From the NCBI GenBank assembly GCA_040389865.1, contig JAZJZM010000025.1, forward strand, positions 4,421-68,420: a stretch of 64,000 nt of DNA. The letters are read 5' to 3'. This DNA comes from Bacteroidota bacterium. GTDB taxonomy: Bacteria; Bacteroidota; Bacteroidia; 2-12-FULL-35-15. How positions within the stretch are numbered: the stretch's first letter is position 1; every line of letters starts with the position of its first letter. Of this stretch, positions 1 through 8,269 are shown piece by piece. The notes below the pieces were generated by a model that was given only the letters and a program-made list of their open reading frames with translations, was not told the DNA's origin and did not search any database. A program made the position numbers and the translations under genes.

Positions 1-1028
1 CGGGAACTTATACGTTTAAGGTTCGCTCCTGCAACAATGATGGCATTTGGAACTACGAACCCATAACTTATAGTTTTACAATAAAACCTCCCTTTTGGCG
101 AACAACATGGTTTTATATTCTTTTAGGAATAGTTGTTTTTTCGGTCATTATTTTCTTCATCAAATTACGGGAGAGGGTACTCAGGAAAGAAAACATAATT
201 CTTGAACAAAAAGTGAACGAACGTACCGAAGTTATAAAAAAACAGAATATAGAAATTGAAAAGAAGAACATCGCTATTACCGACAGTATAGAATATGCCT
301 CCATTATTCAACAAGCAATTTTACCATCTGAAGAGGAAATAAGTAAACATTTTAAAAATCATTTTGTACTGTATAAGCCTAAGGATATTGTTAGTGGCGA
401 TTTTTACTGGATACATGAAGAAGAAGACAGAGTGCTGATTGCTGCTGCCGACTGCACGGGGCATGGAGTATCCGGGGCTTTTGTTTCACTGATGGGGCAT
501 AACCTTTTGAATGAGACCATTAACGAGAACCACAACTTTAAGCCTTCTGAAATATTATACGAACTAAATGAAAAGATCTTAAATACATTAAAGCAGAACA
601 GTAAACAAACATCCGCTAAATACGGGATGGATGTAGCACTTATTGCTGTTGATAAAAAAAATGGAAGCCTTGAATATGCAGGGGCTCACAACCCATTACT
701 CATTTTCAGGAATGGTGAATATTTTCAGATAAAAGCAAATCAACGCTCTATTGGTAGTTATAAAAAAGAAGGACAACCGGATTTTACCAATCAAACCTTC
801 CAACTTTTAAAAGGCGATATGTTGTATATGTTCTCGGATGGATATGTTGATCAGATTGGCGGACCGGAAAAGAAAAAAATGTTCCATCAACCATTTCGGG
901 ATCTACTTCAATCTGTCTGCCAGCTTGAAATGGCAGAACAAAAGAAAACACTTGATGAGAAAATAATTAGTTGGAGAGGAAACAACAATCAAACGGATGA
1001 TATTTTGATTGTTGGTATTCGTATATAG
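1..1028 (+). CDS. 5'-truncated sensor PP2C/SpoIIE phosphatase (Y_Y_Y domain, TM helix, coiled coil, SpoIIE domain)
   Basis: Frame is open from position 3 (GTYTFKVRSCNNDGIWN...IKPPFWRTTWFY) into the listed ORF; PKDIVSGDFYW, ADCTGHG, SDG and DD motifs. Confidence 0.9.
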   Translation, partial: GTYTFKVRSCNNDGIWNYEPITYSFTIKPPFWRTTWFYILLGIVVFSVIIFFIKLRERVLRKENIILEQKVNERTEVIKKQNIEIEKKNIAITDSIEYASIIQQAILPSEEEISKHFKNHFVLYKPKDIVSGDFYWIHEEEDRVLIAAADCTGHGVSGAFVSLMGHNLLNETINENHNFKPSEILYELNEKILNTLKQNSKQTSAKYGMDVALIAVDKKNGSLEYAGAHNPLLIFRNGEYFQIKANQRSIGSYKKEGQPDFTNQTFQLLKGDMLYMFSDGYVDQIGGPEKKKMFHQPFRDLLQSVCQLEMAEQKKTLDEKIISWRGNNNQTDDILIVGIRI

Positions 1029-1061
1029 TGTCTGTCGATAGAGTCGGCATTAAACTTTGTA

Positions 1062-1148
1062 CGTCATTGCGAGGGCTTTTTCCCGAAGCAATGACGTACA
1101 AAGTACTTGTGTGAGATTGCTTCGACTGAAAAAGTCCTCGCAATGACG
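1062..1148. repeat. GTCATTGCGAG-type palindromic (REP-like) doublet
   Basis: CGTCATTGCGAG...GAAGCAAT...GAGATTGCTTCG...CTCGCAATGACG; related copy at 7518-7646. Confidence 0.8.
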
Positions 1149-1167
1149 CTCCAAATAGGCATTAAAT

Positions 1168-1203
1168 CCCGCCCGAACGACTGATGTCATTCAGTCGGGC
1201 AGG
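1168..1203. repeat. GC-rich hairpin between convergent genes (REP-like or terminator)
   Basis: CCCGCCCGAACGACTGATGTCATTCAGTCGGGCAGG, imperfect inverted repeat. Confidence 0.5.
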
Positions 1204-1247
1204 TATTTTAATAAATTAACTTATATAAAGTCTATTAAAAAAAACTC

Positions 1248-4200
1248 TTAACGCAATAAGGTAACTATCCCTTTATAAAAGTGTTCATCCTTTTTGATAT
1301 CAATAATTTTAATTGAATATACATACACATCTCCTTCCGCAAGTTCGGTACTGTTCTTTAATTTTCCATCCCATGGAAGATTAATATCTGTAGTTTTATA
1401 AATAAAATTCCCCCACCTGTCAAATATCGTCATTTCATATTCCTTTATATAAAGTCCTTTTCCGCTAAAAGTTTTATTGTGAATATCATTATTGGGTGAA
1501 AAAGCGTTTGGAATATAAAACACAAAATCAGGTTCTATTACTACTGTTTTATTTGCCGTATCGGAACAACCAAATTGAGTGGATGTGATCAGAGTAACTA
1601 AGTACGTTCCGGTATCAGCGTATGTATGGGCTCCGGGATTAGAGACAGAAGAAATTGTCTGATCACCAAAATTCCAATTCCAAAAATCAGCTCCGGCAGA
1701 TGCATTCGTAATTTCTACAAGAGGGGTTAAAAAACTTGTTTTAGTTGGTTGAGTATAAAAATCAGCAACAGGATTTGGAAAAACACTGATATAACTGTTT
1801 TTAGTCATAGTGGCAAAACAACCACTATCAGAAGTAACCGTTAAGATAATAGAATAATATTCGGCTGAACTAACAGAAAGGTTAGGGAAACAATGGTCGA
1901 ATGTTTGCGAATAACTTACCGCGCTTCCATCACCCACATTCCACTCATATAGCATAATAGTACTTGGTTGTGTAATAGAAGATTGATCAATAAAAGAAAT
2001 ACACAAAGGCGCACATCCGGAAGTATCAGGTGCATAAAAACTTACTACCGGATTAGGGCTAACAGTTACTCCTTTAGTGATTGAATCAGCGCATCCGAAA
2101 TTGGACACCACCACTAATTTAGCACTATACGTACCTATCGAAGAATAAGGATGTGAAGTAGTTTGATTATTGAAAACAGGGCTGCCATCACCAAAATTCC
2201 ATTCCCAGGATTGTATCAGATCCGGGGCAAGTACAGTAGATTGATCTGTAAAAGGTACAATAGTACCATCACATACATTGGTGGTACTGAATTTTGCCAT
2301 GGGCCGAGGATGCACATTCACACCTTTTATTGCAGTGTCTTTACATCCATTATGGCTGGTTACGATCAAAGAAACGTTATGTGGTCCTGCACTGATATAA
2401 GTACGACTTGCATTTTGAATAGTGCTTAACGCGCTTCCATCTCCAAAATTCCAGGCCCAACCTGTAACCGAATCATCGGGCATTGAGCTATTGATGGTAT
2501 CATCAGGTACAACCGACAAGTCAATAAAATTTATGGTTTGACTTAAACAAACATCAGTAGAACTAAAGTCGGCAACTGGCAAACAATTAACGGTCGCCAT
2601 TTTTGAAATTGAATCTTTACATCCCATGCTGGTTGTAACGGCCAATTTAACCAAATAAATTCCACACTGTGCATAGGTATGGGGTCCATTTTGTACTGTT
2701 GATACTGTTCCATCTCCGTAATTCCAATTCCAATTTATAATATTCCCTGTACTTGACTCATTATAGCTCATTGCGGTATTTAAGCAAACAGAATCCATTG
2801 CAAAAAGTGCTTGTGGCAAAGGATTTACAACTACGTTGATCTCTGACGAATCGATGCAACCATTTGAATTGGTTACTACAACAGTGTATATGGTGGTAGA
2901 AGATGGACTTACGGTAATAATTGAATCAGTTGAATTTCCGGGGCTCCATAAATAAGTTCCGCCACCTGTTGCGGTTAACGTTGTGCTATCACCTAAACAG
3001 ATCAAAGTATCACCTGTTACTGTTACAACAGGCAAAGGAACAACTGTTACGGTAATACTATCGGTATCCGAACAATTATTGGCATCAAAACCGGTAACGT
3101 AATAGGTAGTAGTAACCAATGGAGATGCAATAACTACAGCACCCGCACTTGTATTTAATCCTGTGGTTGGCGACCATGAATAGGTAACTGCCCCGCTTGC
3201 CGTTAATGTATCTGCACCTCCACCGCACTGCGGTGGAGATACAAGGGACTGGCAGTTGGTATCCAATGTTCCAAATGCTAAATTGCAATACGTTTCACTT
3301 TGGAGATAATCAAACGAAATACAGGTATGTAATCCGGGAAACTGGATGATGGTAAATCCTTCTGCACCTATAAAAGATGTATTGGTAGGATAACTCATTC
3401 CGATACCTGACCAGATAACCTGGTAAGGTACGGAGGTATTGATCTGAACACTGTTTCCGCCATTCCCTATACTCGACATTGCTATTTGAGGGTTAACAAC
3501 AGGCCTGTTGAAACAAAATGTAAATAATCCGGCCAGGTCATTTCTGATAGCTGTGTTATTAGCAGGTACATTATACTGAGGAGGAAAAACACCTCCATTG
3601 TACATTCCACCGGTAGTGGATAAGCCACCTGATGGCTTGGTGACCAAAACGCTTAAATCAGAAGAAATAGTTCCGGCTCCGGATGTTCCGGTAACAGTGC
3701 CCCAGGAAGCCCAGTTTAATTTAGTAGAATCACAAAGAGGATTCATAGGGCCTCTGACATCCACTGTAGGCTTAGGATTCACAGTTAGTGTAACAACAGC
3801 AGTATTGATACATCCTAAAATATCTGTTCCGGTGACGGTATAGGTGGAGGTTGCGGCCGGATTGGCTGAAACAGCGTCCCCGGTGCTGGCGCTTAGTCCA
3901 GTTGAAGGAGACCATGAATAGGTATCGGCTCCGCTGGCAATTAAATTCAATGCCGAACCGATACACGTGGATGGTGCAGGCGGTGAAACGCTAACTGTTG
4001 GTAATGGATTTACAGACACTGTTTTTGATGCAGTACCAACTCCACATGTTGTACAAGTATTGGTACCCTGAGTACAGGCGGGTGCCTGGTTGGTAGCTAC
4101 GCTGTATACTGCAGCAGAATTAACAACAATGCTTTGTGTAGTTTCACCTGTGCTCCATAAATAAGAATTTGCAATACTTGAAGTAAGCGTTACCGATTCA

Positions 4201-4721
4201 CCCTGACAAAGCTCAAGTGAACCACTTGCAGTGATAGTTGGAGTGGCTGGTGCTGATAAAGTATAAATTCCCATTTCACGGATAGCGATCCATGAAGGAG
4301 AGCTAATTGAGTTTATTCTTACTCCCCTTACATTGGTTAAAGGTGCACTGCTATAACATCTTTCTATTAATTGTCCGGTAACATAAAACCCTGTGGCTAC
4401 ATCAACTACTGTCCATGCAACCATATCAGGTGAAGTGAGTATTTCGTGGTTAACATTACCATTAGGTGCCATATCAAACATTATATTGATATTGTTTATG
4501 GTATAGGTTGATCCCAAGTCAATCTCAATATATTGTTGTGCAAAACCGCCTGAATTCCATCCGTCACCGCAACTCCCATTAATAGCATTAGCGGGAACAT
4601 TAGATAGATAGACACCACTTGCCGTAACAGGTTTCCCTATTGCCACATTATCACATTGTGCCGTTATGGTGGCATAACAGCAAACAAAAATAAAGTAAAA
4701 GAAAAGGACGATCTTTTTCAT
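1248..4721 (-). CDS. T9SS type B (gliding-motility C-terminal domain) surface protein with N-terminal F5/8 type C-like domain, Ig-like repeats and PKD domains
   Basis: Signal peptide; NVAIGKPVTAS...YIEIDLG...IRE discoidin pattern; repeated WNFGDG; C-terminal YIPNAFSPNND...IFDRWG...WDG...GIVTLLR. Confidence 0.9.
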   Translation of the reverse strand: MKKIVLFFYFIFVCCYATITAQCDNVAIGKPVTASGVYLSNVPANAINGSCGDGWNSGGFAQQYIEIDLGSTYTINNINIMFDMAPNGNVNHEILTSPDMVAWTVVDVATGFYVTGQLIERCYSSAPLTNVRGVRINSISSPSWIAIREMGIYTLSAPATPTITASGSLELCQGESVTLTSSIANSYLWSTGETTQSIVVNSAAVYSVATNQAPACTQGTNTCTTCGVGTASKTVSVNPLPTVSVSPPAPSTCIGSALNLIASGADTYSWSPSTGLSASTGDAVSANPAATSTYTVTGTDILGCINTAVVTLTVNPKPTVDVRGPMNPLCDSTKLNWASWGTVTGTSGAGTISSDLSVLVTKPSGGLSTTGGMYNGGVFPPQYNVPANNTAIRNDLAGLFTFCFNRPVVNPQIAMSSIGNGGNSVQINTSVPYQVIWSGIGMSYPTNTSFIGAEGFTIIQFPGLHTCISFDYLQSETYCNLAFGTLDTNCQSLVSPPQCGGGADTLTASGAVTYSWSPTTGLNTSAGAVVIASPLVTTTYYVTGFDANNCSDTDSITVTVVPLPVVTVTGDTLICLGDSTTLTATGGGTYLWSPGNSTDSIITVSPSSTTIYTVVVTNSNGCIDSSEINVVVNPLPQALFAMDSVCLNTAMSYNESSTGNIINWNWNYGDGTVSTVQNGPHTYAQCGIYLVKLAVTTSMGCKDSISKMATVNCLPVADFSSTDVCLSQTINFIDLSVVPDDTINSSMPDDSVTGWAWNFGDGSALSTIQNASRTYISAGPHNVSLIVTSHNGCKDTAIKGVNVHPRPMAKFSTTNVCDGTIVPFTDQSTVLAPDLIQSWEWNFGDGSPVFNNQTTSHPYSSIGTYSAKLVVVSNFGCADSITKGVTVSPNPVVSFYAPDTSGCAPLCISFIDQSSITQPSTIMLYEWNVGDGSAVSYSQTFDHCFPNLSVSSAEYYSIILTVTSDSGCFATMTKNSYISVFPNPVADFYTQPTKTSFLTPLVEITNASAGADFWNWNFGDQTISSVSNPGAHTYADTGTYLVTLITSTQFGCSDTANKTVVIEPDFVFYIPNAFSPNNDIHNKTFSGKGLYIKEYEMTIFDRWGNFIYKTTDINLPWDGKLKNSTELAEGDVYVYSIKIIDIKKDEHFYKGIVTLLR

Positions 4722-4933
4722 TTTTTATTTTTGTTAATCATATTAATAAAACAATTTAAAATTTGGTTCATTTTTTTGATCTTTTCTATACATACAAGTT
4801 GCATAAAACCTGCAAAAGGTTGCATTTGCGCATCCTTACTAACAATTAAAACCAGCTACCATCTTTCCACTCGCAAGATGGAATGAATGCACCTTTAGCA
4901 CGGGATGAATAGGATGAGTGATAAGGGTGGTAA

Positions 4934-7447
4934 TTATCTAAGTATGGTAACAATTCCTCTAAAAAAGTGTACTTCATTTTTAATGTCAGTGATCTTGAAT
5001 GAATAAATATAAATATCCACTTCGGCAATGTCACTACCCTTATTTGCTTTGCCATCCCAAGGTTCGTTAACATCGGTAGTTTTAAAAGTAAGATTCCCCC
5101 AACGATCAAATATCATCATTTCATATTCTTTGATAAAAAGCCCTTTTCCCGAAAATGTATCATTTTTAAGATCACCATTGGGTGAAAATGCCTCAGGAAT
5201 ATAAAACACAAATTCGGGTTCAATAATTACGGTTTTATAAGCGGTATCAATGCAGGCATATTGAGTGGCAGTGATAAGCCTTACTAAATAGGTGCCTGTA
5301 TCTCCATAGGTATGAGGGAGCGGATTTTCAATTAAAGCCGTTTGAAGATCTCCAAAATCCCAGCTCCAAAAATCAGCTCCGGTTGATGTATTTACAAAGG
5401 AGATCACAGGGTCTATTATACTTGTTTTTGGAGGTTGCACCACAAAATTCGCCACAGGATTGGGATATGCTGTTATATAATTATTTTTGGTTAAGGCGGT
5501 AACGCATCCCTTATCCGAAGTAGCTGTTAAGGTAACTGAAAAATAAAGAGCTGAACTAACAGATGTGTTCGCATAGCAATGGTCAAAGCTTTCCGAAACA
5601 ATTACAGCGCTTCCATCGCCAACATTCCATGCCCATTGCACAACTGTACCGGATGAAACAGTAGACACATCCTGAAAGGAAACACACAAAGGAACACAGC
5701 CGGTAGTATCACTTGCAGTAAAATTAACCACCGGGTTAGGATGAACAATCACCGTTTTAATAATGGAATCAACACAACCAAAACTGGAAACTGTTACTAA
5801 TTTAACACTATAGGAACCCGGTGCAGAATAAAGGTGGGAGGCCGTTTGATTTATAACAGCAGGGCTACCATCACCAAAAGCCCATCCCCATAACTGTATC
5901 ATATCGGGTGAAGTAATGGTTGATACATCTGAAAAAGTAACAGTGCTTCCATCACAAACATTTGCGGTATTGAAATTTGCATCCGGCAGAGGATGAACCA
6001 CCACGTTTTTTGTAATAGTATCCTTACAGCCATTATTGTTAGTTGCAATTAAAGTAACCGAATAAGTCCCTGCATTTGTGTAAGTATGATTAAGGTTTTG
6101 ACCAGTACCAGAAGGACTGCTATCGCCAAAATTCCAAGCCCAGCCGGTAACAGAATCGGCAGGCACCGACAGATCAGCAAAACTCATGGTTTGATTTAAA
6201 CATACATCAGTAAAACTAAAATCGGCCACAGGCAAACAAAATACCCGCGCAGTTTTTGAGATCGAATCCTTACATCCGGTATTGGCTGTTACTACTAATT
6301 TAACGGTAAAAACCCCGCAGGTTGAATAGGCATGAGTTAAAGTTGGAAGTGTTGATGAAGAGCCATCTCCAAAGGTCCATTTCCAAGATGCAATATTTCC
6401 AGGGCTTACGGTGGAGTTATCAGTAAATAAGGTGCCATTTTGCAGGCAAACATTTGTTTTACTGAAAGCCGCAGTAGGATTAGTAAACAACGTTACTGCA
6501 GTTGCAGCAGATGTTGCGGTACATGAATTTGCATCCGTTACTACCACGGTAAAACTTCCTGTTGCAGTTACTGTTATTGATTGTGTGGTAGCGCCATTGC
6601 TCCAGCTATAAGAACTCGCAGCCCCTACTGCAAGATCAACACTTCCTCCAGAGCAAAAGCTGGTTGGACCGCTGGGGGTGATCACTGATGAAGGGCTATT
6701 AACGGTAATGGTTACCGAGCTTTGCGAAAGGCAACCAAACCTATCGGTGGCCGTTACATCGTATTGTGTTGTTACTGTTGGCGTTACACTTGGGGTGGCA
6801 GATGTTGATGTAAACCCCGCAGGTAATGAGATCCAGCTATAGGTATAAGGCGCTGACCCTAAAAAAGTGGTGGTAGGGAGAGTTACACTACCGCCCGCAC
6901 AAATACTTGTAGCGCTTGGTGTAATAGTTGTGACAGGGCATAAATTAACTTCTATTACAGATTTAGAACCTCCTGAACTGCAATTAAGGTCATTCCACTG
7001 TCCGTCAGGATATATTTGAACACAATCTTCATTACCGGAATTATTAGGCTCCCCACTATGCCAGTTCGTATATATAACCGCACTTTGATCGTACCACACA
7101 TGGCCACCCTCGTTGGCTACGTCATTAAACCCTATCCAGATGATACCACCAAAACCATTGGTATTAAGCTCACTTACGATACATGCATTTTCAGAGGCTG
7201 ATTGCAAAGAAATAAGATTCGCCCCAAACCCCTGCGCCCAGGTCTGAGCATCATTACCTGTTTGTGAAAGAGGATTATAAAAATACATACTGCATGACGA
7301 AAGGCAGGAAGTCAATTCCGTACAGCCGGCATCGGCAAACGTAGACCGGATAAGATTAAAATCACAACCTGCCTGGCCTTTAACAGAAACTATCTTAAAA
7401 AAGAAGGCACAAAAGACAAAAATGAATATGAAATAGTTTTTTTTCAT
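4934..7447 (-). CDS. T9SS type B surface protein with N-terminal C-type lectin domain and PKD domains
   Basis: Signal peptide from MKKNY (alternative start 7459); WIGFND...NWHSGEPNNSGNEDCV...WNDLNC; WxFGDG repeats; YIPEAFSPNGD...IFDRWG C-terminus. Confidence 0.9.
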   Translation of the reverse strand: MKKNYFIFIFVFCAFFFKIVSVKGQAGCDFNLIRSTFADAGCTELTSCLSSCSMYFYNPLSQTGNDAQTWAQGFGANLISLQSASENACIVSELNTNGFGGIIWIGFNDVANEGGHVWYDQSAVIYTNWHSGEPNNSGNEDCVQIYPDGQWNDLNCSSGGSKSVIEVNLCPVTTITPSATSICAGGSVTLPTTTFLGSAPYTYSWISLPAGFTSTSATPSVTPTVTTQYDVTATDRFGCLSQSSVTITVNSPSSVITPSGPTSFCSGGSVDLAVGAASSYSWSNGATTQSITVTATGSFTVVVTDANSCTATSAATAVTLFTNPTAAFSKTNVCLQNGTLFTDNSTVSPGNIASWKWTFGDGSSSTLPTLTHAYSTCGVFTVKLVVTANTGCKDSISKTARVFCLPVADFSFTDVCLNQTMSFADLSVPADSVTGWAWNFGDSSPSGTGQNLNHTYTNAGTYSVTLIATNNNGCKDTITKNVVVHPLPDANFNTANVCDGSTVTFSDVSTITSPDMIQLWGWAFGDGSPAVINQTASHLYSAPGSYSVKLVTVSSFGCVDSIIKTVIVHPNPVVNFTASDTTGCVPLCVSFQDVSTVSSGTVVQWAWNVGDGSAVIVSESFDHCYANTSVSSALYFSVTLTATSDKGCVTALTKNNYITAYPNPVANFVVQPPKTSIIDPVISFVNTSTGADFWSWDFGDLQTALIENPLPHTYGDTGTYLVRLITATQYACIDTAYKTVIIEPEFVFYIPEAFSPNGDLKNDTFSGKGLFIKEYEMMIFDRWGNLTFKTTDVNEPWDGKANKGSDIAEVDIYIYSFKITDIKNEVHFFRGIVTILR

Positions 7448-7517
7448 TTTAAATTTCATTGAATTTCAAAGATAGTATATTTTATTACGTTAAACCGCAC
7501 AAATTTCACTTGGTTAC

Positions 7518-7646
7518 CGTCATTGCGAGCGAAGCGAAGCAATCTCAAACACAGAAATGTAACTATAATCATGAAAAAGGTAGCGCCTGAAAATACCAAT
7601 GTGTGAGATTGCTTCATCACGCCCAAAAGCGTGATTCGCAATGACG
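7518..7646. repeat. GTCATTGCGAG-type palindromic (REP-like) doublet
   Basis: CGTCATTGCGAGCGAAGCGAAGCAATCTC ... GAGATTGCTTC...TTCGCAATGACG. Confidence 0.8.
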
Positions 7647-7836
7647 TTTTAAATCAGCATTTGTTAAAAAAATCCCATTCTTTAATTCAAACCTCTGCAA
7701 TTCAGTGCAGAGTGCTTTATTTTAATATTTTTGAAATGCCATTTGAGTTTTTAATTTATATTTATTAAGTTTGTAAATAAGACTTTTAAACAGGCTTATC
7801 TCTCAAATTAAAATTCCAATACGCAAATTTTATATT

Positions 7837-8220
7837 ATGAAACATTCAATTTTTTATTTATGGTTGATGCTCCTTGTTACATTTTGTTATTTACAATCAT
7901 GTACCTATGATAAAGGAGATTTGCCAATTCCAATTAAAACTGCACCTTACCAAACTGCTATTAAGCCAATATTGATAACTTATTGCTATGGACAAGGAAC
8001 TCAAACCTGTCATGTTACTGTTTCAAATCAAGGAGCGCCAGGTGATTTTACTACTTATGCCGGTATTAAAGCAAAAGTAGATAATGGAACCATACAAAGC
8101 AGGGTATTAACTTCGGGTGGTGGGATGCCACCAACATACTCCAGTGGGCCAACTGCATTATCTTCCGAGGATCTGGAAAAATTAAAAACCTGGGTAAACA
8201 ATGGAGCTCAAGACAATTAA
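7837..8220 (+). CDS. Lipoprotein, putative cytochrome c-like domain with extended heme motif
   Basis: Lipobox LQSC; CYGQGTQTCH; distal GGMPP; C-terminal LKTWVNNGA. Confidence 0.65.
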   Translation: MKHSIFYLWLMLLVTFCYLQSCTYDKGDLPIPIKTAPYQTAIKPILITYCYGQGTQTCHVTVSNQGAPGDFTTYAGIKAKVDNGTIQSRVLTSGGGMPPTYSSGPTALSSEDLEKLKTWVNNGAQDN

Positions 8221-8269
8221 TTTTTTTGGAAATATTTTTTATTAAAAAGTTGATGTGATCCTGAATCCT

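Noticed and set aside
4795-4830. GCAACC...GCAACT as an ECF-sigma promoter upstream of the first adhesin
   Set aside because: Single occurrence; cannot be supported from this window alone
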